A stretch of 31,224 nucleotides of DNA from Candidatus Thorarchaeota archaeon (GTDB taxonomy: Archaea; Asgardarchaeota; Thorarchaeia; Thorarchaeales; Thorarchaeaceae): the NCBI GenBank assembly GCA_048882325.1, contig JBHLRS010000035.1, positions 1 to 31,224 on the forward strand, given 5' to 3'. The notes beneath the pieces are model-generated. The model ran no database searches. It was not told where the DNA came from and worked only from the letters and a program-made list of their open reading frames with translations. The translations under genes and the position numbers were made by a program. Below are positions 1 to 9,000 of the stretch, piece after piece (position 1 is the stretch's first letter; each line of letters begins with the position of its first letter).

Positions 1-108
1 TTCTCTGAGATAGATGCTGCTCAGGGGGCACTTCACACCATCAGAGGAATAGATGTCATGCCAATGCTTCTTGGATACTCCGGGTATATTGAGAAGTTTG
101 GAGCGTAG
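1..108 (+). CDS. apgM: 3' end of archaeal 2,3-bisphosphoglycerate-independent phosphoglycerate mutase (partial)
   Basis: My translation of frame 1 is FSEIDAAQGALHTIRGIDVMPMLLGYSGYIEKFGA*. It matches the typical ApgM C-terminus (F.E..A..G.L..IRG.D.MP.LL...KFGA). Not in the ORF track because it is truncated. Confidence 0.8.
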   Translation, partial: FSEIDAAQGALHTIRGIDVMPMLLGYSGYIEKFGA

Positions 109-134
109 CAACAAGGTTCTGTTGTAAGACCTGG

Positions 135-1478
135 CTATTTCCTGAGTCCCGCCTTCCCCACTGCTCGATATTCGAACCCATGAGAAATTACTTTGCCCTC
201 TTCGAACAAGTTGCGACCATCCACTAGAGTGCGTGTTCTCATAACCTCTCCTATCTTCGTAAAGTCAATATCCTTGTAGTCTATATGCCTCGTCACCAGA
301 GCTAGACAGTCAGAGTCCTTTGCAGCCTTGTAGATGTCTCTCTCAATTTCATGCGGTCCGAGGTCCCAGTCCTGTACATAGGGGTCATGCAAAACCACCT
401 TTGCTCCTTTTGCTTCTAGTGTGTTAATGAGGGCCAGAGCTGGTGTATTCCTCGTATCATCTGCATTCTCGAGGTACGCAATTCCAAGTATCGTCACAGT
501 TGCGTCTTGGATCTTAGTGCCCTTCTTCTCAAGGGCATCCTCAATGAGGAACGTCATATGGACTGGCATGTAGTTATTAATTTCCCTCGCCAGGGAGATG
601 AATCGTGGCTCCACTTTCTGAGAACCATACTCATTGAGACCGTATCGCAGCAGCCATGTGTCCTTTGGCAGACAGTGACCACCAACACCAGCCCCAGGTA
701 TGTGCATCATCCTGCTGGGTAGCTCATTCACTAGCTCAATTATCTCATAGACATTAACACCAAGACTCTCACATACCAATGCCATCTCGTTTGCAAAGGC
801 TATGTTCACGTCTCTGTAAGCGTTCTCAATAGTCTTAGAAACCTCTGCTGTGAGTACATCTGTCTGATGTACTTCAGCCTTCACTATCTTCGAATAGAGG
901 TCTACAGCTTTCTTGGCACCCTCCGGAGTTATTCCACCGACAATCCTAGGTAGGTGGACAATGTTTCGGATTAGCTTTCCAGGCATCACTCGTTCATATG
1001 CGAAGGCAAGGTCGAAGTCCACTCCGCCTTTCATTCCTGAATGCTCCTCGATGATCTTCTGGACAATGTTCTGCGTTGTTCCTGGAGCAACTGTGGACTC
1101 TACAATGACAAGGGCACCTTTCTTTATTCGCTCTCCAATCTGTTTGCTCACTTCTCGCAGCGAGGCATATTGTGGGACGTGGTTTTCATCTGTAGGTGTC
1201 TGAACATCAATGAGGATCACGTCTGAGTTCTTCAGGACATCAATATCATCTGTTACTTTGAAACAACCCTGTCCTACAACTTTTGCAATAAGTTCATCCA
1301 GACCCGGTTCATCACCCTCAAAAGGTGACTTTCCCGCATTGAGATGCTCTATTTTCCATCCAGAGCGCTTAGACCGCCTTTGAAGGCCAGTAACAAGAAA
1401 CCCTGGTACGTCTGCAAGAAGAGCTGCACATGGGATTCCGACGTATCCCATCCCGATGACAGTGATTCTAGTAACCAT
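135..1478 (-). CDS. Nucleotide-sugar 6-dehydrogenase (UDP-ManNAc/UDP-GlcNAc dehydrogenase, WecC/WbpA-like)
   Basis: GMGYVG Rossmann motif, ESTVAPGTT, ERVMPG, KTIENAYRDVNIAFANE, catalytic GVGGHCLPKD, DDTRNTP. Confidence 0.92.
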   Translation of the reverse strand: MVTRITVIGMGYVGIPCAALLADVPGFLVTGLQRRSKRSGWKIEHLNAGKSPFEGDEPGLDELIAKVVGQGCFKVTDDIDVLKNSDVILIDVQTPTDENHVPQYASLREVSKQIGERIKKGALVIVESTVAPGTTQNIVQKIIEEHSGMKGGVDFDLAFAYERVMPGKLIRNIVHLPRIVGGITPEGAKKAVDLYSKIVKAEVHQTDVLTAEVSKTIENAYRDVNIAFANEMALVCESLGVNVYEIIELVNELPSRMMHIPGAGVGGHCLPKDTWLLRYGLNEYGSQKVEPRFISLAREINNYMPVHMTFLIEDALEKKGTKIQDATVTILGIAYLENADDTRNTPALALINTLEAKGAKVVLHDPYVQDWDLGPHEIERDIYKAAKDSDCLALVTRHIDYKDIDFTKIGEVMRTRTLVDGRNLFEEGKVISHGFEYRAVGKAGLRK

Positions 1479-1561
1479 CTTTCTTTCCTCGTTGAAATCT
1501 CAAACCCATCGGTGATTGGTCTATTGGCAAAATGTTTGGTTGAAAAAGGTTACCTCGTCAC

Positions 1562-2776
1562 TCAATCCAGTAGAACTACTTCTATATCCTCACCTTCTTC
1601 AATGACATCCAAATTGACTGGTAGCATAACATAACCATCTGCTTGAGCCATACTTGTGATAGCACCTGAATGTTTGAAGACTGGCGTTGCCACTCCATCC
1701 TCAATCCGTACTGTCAGGAATTGTTTTCGCCCAGATGACGACACTATGCGTTTCCCCATCTTAGCTCTCACAATCCGTTCTGCGCCGCTTGGCAGTCTGG
1801 CCATCTTCCTAATTGCAGGTACCAAGAAGACATGTGCATTACTCAAACATGAGGTTGGGAATCCCGGCATTCCAAAGATGGGTTTTCCTTGAATTGTCCC
1901 GAACAGGGTCGGTTTTCCTGGTTTTATCTGGACTCCATGAAAGACAACTTTACCCATTTCTTCAAGGATTCCCGCAAGTAGGTCTTTCTCCCCTACCGAA
2001 CTACCTCCTGAGAGGACCACCATATCGGACTCTAGAGCTTTCTCAATTCCCTGTCTGAGTAACTGAGGATCATCAGATATGATTGGCTGCCTATGAACAA
2101 TGGCTCCGTTCTTCTTAAGAATCGCTTCGAGTGTGAAAGAGTTCACATCATAGATTTGACCTGGCTTGAGTTGTTGTCCCGGCTGAACTATTTCTGTTCC
2201 TGTTGGAATCACACTGACTTTTGGTCTTTCGTACACTTCAACATGGGTCTTTCCCAGAGCTGATATTGTGCCCACTTTTGCAGGAGTCAGATGAAGGCCC
2301 TTCTTCAGAACGACATCCCCCTCTTCAATATCCTCTCCCATTTTGGATATGTTTGCTCCTGGGTACACTGGCTTTGTGATTAGGATCTTACTCCCTCTCT
2401 TCTCTGTAAACTCGACCATTACAACGGCATCTGCACCAGCAGGTTTCGGGGATCCCGTGGCTATCTGAATACAATGTCCACGACTGACCTCAATCTCAGA
2501 AACTTCTCCAGCGTGAATAACTCCATCGACCTCCAGAAGGACTTCCTCATGTCCTGCATTGAAGGTATCTTCAGCGACCACGGCATAGCCATCCATGGCG
2601 GACCTGTCAAATGGTGGTACAGACCTATCAGCAGTGATGTCCTCTGCAAGCACTCGTCCAATGGCATCACTAACAACTATAGTTTCTACACGGTCTATCT
2701 CTCCAGCATTTGATAGAATATGTTCTAGAGCCTCCTCATGTGAAACAAGAAGACTGAATGGTTCCATTCCTTTCAT
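1562..2776 (-). CDS. moeA: Molybdopterin molybdo/tungstotransferase MoeA
   Basis: PPFDRSAMDGYA, IATGSP.P.GADAV.MVE, TGTE, SGGSSVGEKD, KPGKP, GMPGFP motifs; located in the moa cluster. Confidence 0.96.
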   Translation of the reverse strand: MKGMEPFSLLVSHEEALEHILSNAGEIDRVETIVVSDAIGRVLAEDITADRSVPPFDRSAMDGYAVVAEDTFNAGHEEVLLEVDGVIHAGEVSEIEVSRGHCIQIATGSPKPAGADAVVMVEFTEKRGSKILITKPVYPGANISKMGEDIEEGDVVLKKGLHLTPAKVGTISALGKTHVEVYERPKVSVIPTGTEIVQPGQQLKPGQIYDVNSFTLEAILKKNGAIVHRQPIISDDPQLLRQGIEKALESDMVVLSGGSSVGEKDLLAGILEEMGKVVFHGVQIKPGKPTLFGTIQGKPIFGMPGFPTSCLSNAHVFLVPAIRKMARLPSGAERIVRAKMGKRIVSSSGRKQFLTVRIEDGVATPVFKHSGAITSMAQADGYVMLPVNLDVIEEGEDIEVVLLD

Positions 2777-3273
2777 CTATCTACCTCCCAGAGTAGGTGT
2801 CCAATCCCTGGTAAGATTATCTTAGTGAGTGCTGTTTTGACTGCATTCTTTGACCCAGGTAGGCAGAATGTGACTTTTTTACCAATCAATCCTGCTGTAG
2901 AACGACTAAATATCCCAGCCACTCCAATCTCCTCATGACTAATTCTGCGAAAGTGTTCGCCAAAACCTGGAAGAACCTCATCAAACATCTTCGAAACAGT
3001 CGTCACCGTGAGGTCTTTACTGCTTACTCCAGTCCCACCACTGGTCAGAATTACTCTAATCTCGGGATTATCCAAGTACACTTTGATTGCATCTTCGATC
3101 TCTTGAGCGTCATTCTTTACTATATCATACGCCAGTACTTTGTGATCTTCAGCCTCGAGCAACTCAATCGCTATTTTGCCTGACTTGTCTGTATCTTTGG
3201 TTCTACTATCACTAACAATCAATACTGCAATACCTGTACTAATCTTCTGATCACGTCTATGCTCGTCAATCAT
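2773..3273 (-). CDS. moaB: Molybdopterin adenylyltransferase MoaB/MogA family
   Basis: VSDSR...D.SG, TSGGTG...D.T, PGFGE.FR, SR..AG, FCLPGS. Confidence 0.93.
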   Translation of the reverse strand: MIDEHRRDQKISTGIAVLIVSDSRTKDTDKSGKIAIELLEAEDHKVLAYDIVKNDAQEIEDAIKVYLDNPEIRVILTSGGTGVSSKDLTVTTVSKMFDEVLPGFGEHFRRISHEEIGVAGIFSRSTAGLIGKKVTFCLPGSKNAVKTALTKIILPGIGHLLWEVDR

Positions 3274-3276
3274 TCG

Positions 3277-3729
3277 CTACCCCTTCCTCTTAGTTGTCAC
3301 TCTTATATTCCCAAGCCTAGCATGAGGATACTGCCCCTCAGAGTCCTTCTCAAGATACTTTACCATGTCCCAGATTGAGAGCAATGCTGTTGTCACGCCT
3401 ACTAGCGCTTCCATCTCAACACCGGTCACGTAAATTGCTGAAACACCGCAAATAGCGTGGATTCCAGTATCATTGAACTCAAACTTCACCTCAACCGAAG
3501 TCAATGGGATTTGGTGACAAAGAGGGATTATTTCAGAGGTTTTCTTTGCCGCTAGTATCCCTGCAGTTTCAGCTACTGCAAGGACATTACCCTTCTTTGT
3601 CGTTCCAGCTCGAATCTTTTTTGATGTTTCAGACTGAAGGATTATGTCCCCAACAGCTTCAGCGTAGCGTTTCACCATTTTCTTTCCTGAGACATCCACC
3701 ATCTTGATAGACTGCTCTCTATCTACCAT
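3277..3729 (-). CDS. moaC: Cyclic pyranopterin monophosphate synthase MoaC
   Basis: MVDVSGK, KKGNVL, AAKKTS.IIPLCH, TGVEMEAL, IWDMVKYLEKD (archaeal-type ending). Confidence 0.96.
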   Translation of the reverse strand: MVDREQSIKMVDVSGKKMVKRYAEAVGDIILQSETSKKIRAGTTKKGNVLAVAETAGILAAKKTSEIIPLCHQIPLTSVEVKFEFNDTGIHAICGVSAIYVTGVEMEALVGVTTALLSIWDMVKYLEKDSEGQYPHARLGNIRVTTKRKG

Positions 3730-3732
3730 AGG

Positions 3733-4140
3733 CTATTCACCCACCCAATACTCACCCTCACTAGTGAACTCCTTCTTCCAAATGTGCACGAACTCTTTCA
3801 GCCGCTCAATCACAAAACGACAACCAGCAAATGCCTCTGGTCTGTGTCCTGCTCCGACAACAATGAGGACTATATTGTCTTCCACCTCGAGTGTACCAAT
3901 CCTGTGAACTATGGAAACATCAGTCACTCCGTATTTCTCAATAGCTTCCTCGCGGATCTGTTCAAGCTGCGTAATGGCTTCAGCTTCATCAGATTCGAAA
4001 TGAAGCCGATGCACAGTTTTTCCATCGGTCATATCTCTGACAGTTCCTAAGAACATCACAATACAACCCATTGATGGTTTTCTGGTCTTTGCTACAACTT
4101 GATCTATTTGAAAATCCCTCTCTGTAACATCAATCACCAT
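3733..4140 (-). CDS. moaE: Molybdopterin synthase catalytic subunit MoaE
   Basis: G.IV.F.GTVRD, HRIG.L, HR.EAF.GC...IE.LK...IWKKE..W. Start moved to ATG 4140 (MVIDV), which overlaps the moaA stop; the ORF-track start at 4200 lies inside moaA. Confidence 0.93.
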   Translation of the reverse strand: MVIDVTERDFQIDQVVAKTRKPSMGCIVMFLGTVRDMTDGKTVHRLHFESDEAEAITQLEQIREEAIEKYGVTDVSIVHRIGTLEVEDNIVLIVVGAGHRPEAFAGCRFVIERLKEFVHIWKKEFTSEGEYWVGE

Positions 4141-5113
4141 CGGCTTTGTCTCTCCAATAGGGTTCTCTCTTCGCAATAGCCTGTTCGAAGGCTTGTTCAA
4201 TTGTTAGTTCCCCTTCCGAAGAGCGCTCCACGACATTGTCCAATCTGTACAAGCAGGGTTTCAACCTTCCATCTGATGTCACACGCAAACGTGTGCATCC
4301 GTCACAGAATGCTGAGTTATGATTAGGTCTGACGATTTCCACAACCACACTTCGCTGAGAGTCAAGGTCAATTGTGTATTGATAACGGCTCTGCATACTA
4401 CGTCGTTCAGTCTTTACTGCTCGTTCCCTAAGACTCTCCTCTAAAGGTCCTAAGTCCACCCACAGATTCTCGAGATTTGTTGAATCATCATCCACAATCA
4501 GTTGAAGCTCAATGATTTGTAGGACGGCTCCAACCTCGGATGCAAAGTCCATCAAACCTTCGATGCTTCCCTCGTTGTATCCTCTCAGAATCGTCATGTT
4601 CAACTTGATAGGTGAAAGACCTACAGCGACCGCTTGCCGCACACCACGTTTCACTCTCTCTAAATCGCCAGAGCCAGTCATCATTTGATAGGTCTTTGGA
4701 TCCATTGTATGGATGCTGACGTTGACTCTCGTGAGTCCAGCCTCCTTTAGGTCACTTGCCATTTCTTCAAGTAGTAACCCATTCGTCGTCATAGAAAGGT
4801 CTGACACGTAGGGCGAAACCAATCTGATGATGTCGAGAATGTCTTCTCGCAGAAGAGGCTCACCCCCAGTGAGTTTCACATTGTCTATCCCATACCTACT
4901 TGCATGTTTGACAATCCGCTCAATCTCAGCTGCAGTAATTTCATCCTCTGCATTGACTTCACCCTCCTGATGACAGAAGAAGCAGGAGAAACTGCACTTC
5001 TGAGTCACGGATATCCTTAGATTATCTATACGCCGTCCAAAGCTATCGATGTAAGATTGTTTCTTTGAATCGTAATCCTCTGAATCAGGTGTCACATGGT
5101 TGCGGATGGACAT
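4130..5113 (-). CDS. moaA: GTP 3',8-cyclase MoaA (radical SAM)
   Basis: DSFGR...LRISVTQKCSFSCFFCH.EG, TGGEPLLR, second cluster motif CDGC.RLR.T.DG.LKPCL, archaeal REPYW ending. Confidence 0.96.
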   Translation of the reverse strand: MSIRNHVTPDSEDYDSKKQSYIDSFGRRIDNLRISVTQKCSFSCFFCHQEGEVNAEDEITAAEIERIVKHASRYGIDNVKLTGGEPLLREDILDIIRLVSPYVSDLSMTTNGLLLEEMASDLKEAGLTRVNVSIHTMDPKTYQMMTGSGDLERVKRGVRQAVAVGLSPIKLNMTILRGYNEGSIEGLMDFASEVGAVLQIIELQLIVDDDSTNLENLWVDLGPLEESLRERAVKTERRSMQSRYQYTIDLDSQRSVVVEIVRPNHNSAFCDGCTRLRVTSDGRLKPCLYRLDNVVERSSEGELTIEQAFEQAIAKREPYWRDKADGD

Positions 5114-5146
5114 TTCGAAATCGAAAGTTCGTGCGATGATAATAAG

Positions 5147-5170
5147 TGTTATGTTGGGTCGTGCATATCG
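5147..5170. promoter_or_regulatory. Degenerate ModE-type operator immediately upstream of the moaA TATA-like box
   Basis: TGTTATGTT-GGGTCG-TGCATATCG has the same 9-6-9 geometry as the perfect tupA box. A minus-strand TATA-like CTTATTAT lies at 5139-5146, about 26 nt before the moaA ATG. Confidence 0.55.
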
Positions 5171-5182
5171 AACTGGATTTCC

Positions 5183-6265
5183 TTAGAATACTCTTACAGA
5201 TGAAGCTTTGAAAGTGACATAGACCTCATCATCAACAGAGATGTTGAGCCGGGTCTGAGATGTATGCGTTATTTGAACCATCAAGTCAACCCCAATGTCC
5301 ACAGTCAGTAGCGCAGTGGATTCTCTGGAATCTATTTTCACAACTTTGCCCAAGAGGGAGTTCCTTGCACTTGAAAGAACGATATCTCGTGATACAATGA
5401 TGTCTTGAGGTGGAATATATATGGTCACTTCTCCAGTTTCCCTGCCAAGCGCTTCGAGTGTGACTCCGTTGTCTAGTTCTATAGTCACAAGCCTTTTTCC
5501 TTGCTCTGTATCACCATTAGATCTTGCTATACCTGAGAATGTGTTGCTCTTGTATTCATCTTGCATAAGACCTTCAAGTTCAGATCTGAATATCTCACTA
5601 ACAGTTCCTACTTTCGATATTTTCCCATGTTGAAGTATGGCAGCTCTATTTGCAAGGACTTCCGCCTGCAAGAAATTGTGAGTGATCATCACGATTGTTG
5701 TAGTTCTCTCTGAGTTCAACCGTTTCAAAGTGGTTTCGATAATCTCCGCACTCTCATTGTCCAAGTACGCGGTTGGTTCATCAACTAGTAAGAGTTCTGT
5801 GTCGAGAGCTATTGCCATAGCTAGTGAGGCTCTTCTTTGTTCTCCGCCTGAAAGGGTTCGTGCCAATCTGTCCTGAAGCTCAGTCAATTGAACCAACTCT
5901 AGTGTTTCAAGAACAGTTCTTTCAACCTGCTTCTCAGCATATCCTCTGATCCTGAGCCCATATGCGACGTTTTTGAATACGGTTGTGTTGAACAGGGTCG
6001 GTTTTTGGAATACCATTGGTGCCTGTCTTCGGAGATCCTGTCTATTCTCTTCTATGATTGGATTCCCATGAAACAATAGACTACCTTCTGAAGGCTTTAG
6101 CAGTCCTGCAATCACTCTTAAAGCGGTGGTTTTGCCAGCACCATTGGGACCGATGATGGAGAACATCTCTCCTTCATTTATGGAGAAGGTAACTCTGTCA
6201 AGTGCCTTGACTGACCCATATGACACACTCACGTTCTCCAACTGGATTATTCCCATAACCACCAC
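5183..6265 (-). CDS. tupC: Tungstate ABC transporter ATPase with C-terminal TOBE domain
   Basis: Walker A GPNGAGKT, LSGGEQ signature, LLLVDEP, H-loop, TOBE motifs SARN.L.GKV and V.FKASSV; follows tupAB. Confidence 0.9.
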   Translation of the reverse strand: MVVMGIIQLENVSVSYGSVKALDRVTFSINEGEMFSIIGPNGAGKTTALRVIAGLLKPSEGSLLFHGNPIIEENRQDLRRQAPMVFQKPTLFNTTVFKNVAYGLRIRGYAEKQVERTVLETLELVQLTELQDRLARTLSGGEQRRASLAMAIALDTELLLVDEPTAYLDNESAEIIETTLKRLNSERTTTIVMITHNFLQAEVLANRAAILQHGKISKVGTVSEIFRSELEGLMQDEYKSNTFSGIARSNGDTEQGKRLVTIELDNGVTLEALGRETGEVTIYIPPQDIIVSRDIVLSSARNSLLGKVVKIDSRESTALLTVDIGVDLMVQITHTSQTRLNISVDDEVYVTFKASSVRVF

Positions 6266-6909
6266 TGAACCTTTTTTCGTAACGCACCAAGCCCTGCGTT
6301 CACAACGAGTATGAGTGTCAGCAGAATCAGTGTGAGTCCTAGACCAAGTGCTATCTCTCCTCTTGTTGTTTCAAGTGCGATTGAAGTTGTTAGCACTCGC
6401 GTCAGACCTCTAATGTTTCCACCAATCATTAGAGCAACTCCAAGTTCAGCAATTGCTCTACTAAAACTAGCTGAACTTGCTAGTAGAATCCCTCCAAATG
6501 ACTCGCGAACAACCGAAAATGCCGCTGCTTTTCCATCTGCTCCGAGAGTCAATGCTAAGTCTCTGATTGACTCGTCCACACTAGTTATTGTTTCTGTTGT
6601 TATACTCACCATTATCGGTGATATCAAAATTGTTTGACCGACAACGATTCCTGTCGGAGTATAGAGAAGGTCCAAGAAACCAAGAGGTCCTGCGTTAGAA
6701 AATGCTAGGTAGAGGACAAGGCCAAGAGCAACAGTAGGTAGGCCCATTAGGGAATTGAATCCTCCTACAACTATCGACCTTCCCTTGAACTTCTTCAGAC
6801 CAAGGACAAGTCCAGTGGGTAATCCGACTGCAGTAGCTAACAGGGCTGCAGACCCAGATATGAATAGACTTTGCAAAGTTATCTGTATGAGATCGCTCTC
6901 GACTGTCAT
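6247..6909 (-). CDS. tupB: Tungstate ABC transporter permease
   Basis: MGLPTV..GL, GPLG...LLYT, SRAIAELG...IGGNI...TR.LTT.I.LET..G. Confidence 0.92.
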   Translation of the reverse strand: MTVESDLIQITLQSLFISGSAALLATAVGLPTGLVLGLKKFKGRSIVVGGFNSLMGLPTVALGLVLYLAFSNAGPLGFLDLLYTPTGIVVGQTILISPIMVSITTETITSVDESIRDLALTLGADGKAAAFSVVRESFGGILLASSASFSRAIAELGVALMIGGNIRGLTRVLTTSIALETTRGEIALGLGLTLILLTLILVVNAGLGALRKKVQWWLWE

Positions 6910-6948
6910 TTCCTGTCTTATCCTCCTCTACTTTTCTTTGTCTACTTA

Positions 6949-7947
6949 TTATCCATAAAGTCCATAATCGCCACTCTGCCATTCCGGAGGGCACTCGTAG
7001 AGGGTTCCTCCATCATTGAAAAATGCATAGTCACTTATCCACCCGTAAATTTGAGTTGGTGACTGAGTTTCAATTATATCGACTGCTGGGAAAAAGAGAC
7101 CCTGTCCGTAGTCTGACACACCATAATCCGCTATCAAGTCTTGTACATCGGAACTAACAAGCCATTGAAGGAATTGCATTGATAGGCTGAATTTCACCGA
7201 TGTGACAGTAGTACTGTTCACTGGAATTGCTGAATACACATTCAGAAGGTCTTGTCCTTCTTCGACCAGCTGGTTGAGGGATATCAAGCCATCCTCTCTG
7301 TACTTCAGGTAGGTGCCAATATCAGCCAATGTGTATAATGACTGCTCATTGGCTATATTCAGAGTTGAACCCATGCCCTGACCTGAAGACACAAACCATG
7401 ACAAATCTCTGAGCTCCGTGTAGTTATAACCCGCGGCACTCCACAACGCAATCTCCTTCGAGTTTGTACCTGAGAGATCATCCCTACTAACCCAGAGGCT
7501 TGTGTTGTGTGCATTTCCATATGCGTATATCGACTGAAGGGCAGCTACGGGGTCTGTTTGGTTTATTCCTGCAACATCACTTGAGGGTCCCACAATTGTG
7601 AAGTAGTTATATGCGAATATCTTCCTATTCACCCCAAAGCTCGCATTCATGAACGCATATTCCTGAGATGGCGAATGAACAAGAATCATGTCTGCGTCTC
7701 CATTCATCGCGTGTGTTATCGCAATTCCTGTTCCAGCTGAAATGAATGCAAGAATCACATTGGGATGATCTTCCTCATATCTTTCCTTTAACAGATCCAA
7801 CAGACCGGTATCATACAAACTGGTTGTTGTTGAGATTGTGAGAGTTTCTTTTCCTTGAGTTTGAAGCCAATAGAAATAGAACCCAGTCCCAGTGAGGGCA
7901 ACAATAACCACTATCGCTACTCCAGCTATTCTTGTTTCTCTACGCAT
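6949..7947 (-). CDS. tupA: Tungstate-binding protein TupA, N-terminally membrane-anchored
   Basis: TTTS motif (STTTSLYDTGLL), GTG.A...GDAD..LVH, SRDD.SGT, GQGMG.TL. ATG at 7947 is preceded by a GAGGT SD-like sequence. Confidence 0.92.
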   Translation of the reverse strand: MRRETRIAGVAIVVIVALTGTGFYFYWLQTQGKETLTISTTTSLYDTGLLDLLKERYEEDHPNVILAFISAGTGIAITHAMNGDADMILVHSPSQEYAFMNASFGVNRKIFAYNYFTIVGPSSDVAGINQTDPVAALQSIYAYGNAHNTSLWVSRDDLSGTNSKEIALWSAAGYNYTELRDLSWFVSSGQGMGSTLNIANEQSLYTLADIGTYLKYREDGLISLNQLVEEGQDLLNVYSAIPVNSTTVTSVKFSLSMQFLQWLVSSDVQDLIADYGVSDYGQGLFFPAVDIIETQSPTQIYGWISDYAFFNDGGTLYECPPEWQSGDYGLYG

Positions 7948-7962
7948 ATGAGAGTACAACCT

Positions 7963-7986
7963 CGATATGTTTCAACAAACATATCG
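7963..7986. promoter_or_regulatory. Perfect palindromic operator (ModE-type) at the tupA promoter
   Basis: CGATATGTTT-CAAC-AAACATATCG has perfect 10-bp arms and spans 24 bp from CG to CG. Minus-strand BRE/TATA-like AAAGAG-TAATATAA at 8020-8007 puts the predicted start site inside the palindrome. Confidence 0.75.
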
Positions 7987-8059
7987 GAGGTAATCGTTGA
8001 GGGGGATTATATTACTCTTTCTGAAGAAGTTCTTGTCACTCGCTGTCTTGGTATCTCTT

Positions 8060-8932
8060 TTATTCTACATCTACCACTGAAGAAACTCTGTCAATTGAGG
8101 TTTCAACAAAGTGCGCGTTGTCGATGGTCATCTTGATTGCATCTTCAGGACAGACTTCCACGCATCTTCCACAACCACGACAGGCATTTGATATGACTGC
8201 TTTATCATCAATGAGAGAAATTGCATCTACAAAGCAGATGTCCTGTGCACAAATTCCACAACCAACACAGGAATCTATTACCTCTAAATGAACTCCTTGC
8301 ATCTTGGTTACTTTCCTGCCAATCTCTGGATTCAAATCAGGCAGGATTTTCCAGAGACAGCAACAGGGGCAACAGTTGCAGACTGTCAACAACTTCTCTC
8401 CAGGTGACACTCCAAGCCATTGCGAGTCAAGCTTGTTACGACCTATCAGATGAACAAGTCCAGCCTCTCGACACTTTCTTGCATATTCGTGTGCCTCCTC
8501 TTTGGAAACGCGTCGACCAAGTTCAGGATTGATTCCTTCTATTGCTTCTCCCATGAACAAACAACCATACTTGATTGGATAATCCTCGCATTTTGAAGCA
8601 TCTCGGCATATACAGAAATTCATAATCCAATGATCTTTCGCCTTCTCAATGAAGTGATGGACAATCTGCGACGGAAGAGGGGTCTCTTCTGGGCGGTCGA
8701 GTTTTTGGTTGATCTGAATGGTCTGCTGAGCAACATTGTCCTTGGGAAGGTACATGATATCGTCTCCCTCAAAGAGGATCTTGTCGACAACTTTACCTAT
8801 TAGGGGAACGTTTGTTGCTTTTGCAATCATAGCCCTGTTCGGGAACGTTTTCTTCAGGAGCCTGACAAACCACAATGGTCGTGCCATAGTGGAGCTGGTT
8901 GCAACGCTATTGATAATCCTATCGAAACCCAT
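8060..8932 (-). CDS. 4Fe-4S binding protein (Cys-rich N-domain plus 2x[4Fe-4S] ferredoxin domain)
   Basis: CICR...C..YP...GC, CNCCPCCC, CVGCGICAQDIC, CRGCGRCVEVCP. Confidence 0.85.
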   Translation of the reverse strand: MGFDRIINSVATSSTMARPLWFVRLLKKTFPNRAMIAKATNVPLIGKVVDKILFEGDDIMYLPKDNVAQQTIQINQKLDRPEETPLPSQIVHHFIEKAKDHWIMNFCICRDASKCEDYPIKYGCLFMGEAIEGINPELGRRVSKEEAHEYARKCREAGLVHLIGRNKLDSQWLGVSPGEKLLTVCNCCPCCCLWKILPDLNPEIGRKVTKMQGVHLEVIDSCVGCGICAQDICFVDAISLIDDKAVISNACRGCGRCVEVCPEDAIKMTIDNAHFVETSIDRVSSVVDVE

Positions 8933-9000
8933 GCCAAGATATCTTAAATCTAAGAGAAACCAGAATGGCTTTGCAAGAACCTCAACAAAAAGTGATTAAG

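Noticed and set aside
7960-8060. Moco/Wco riboswitch upstream of tupA
   Set aside because: The region is too short and shows a single palindrome rather than a multi-stem aptamer; a DNA operator explains it better
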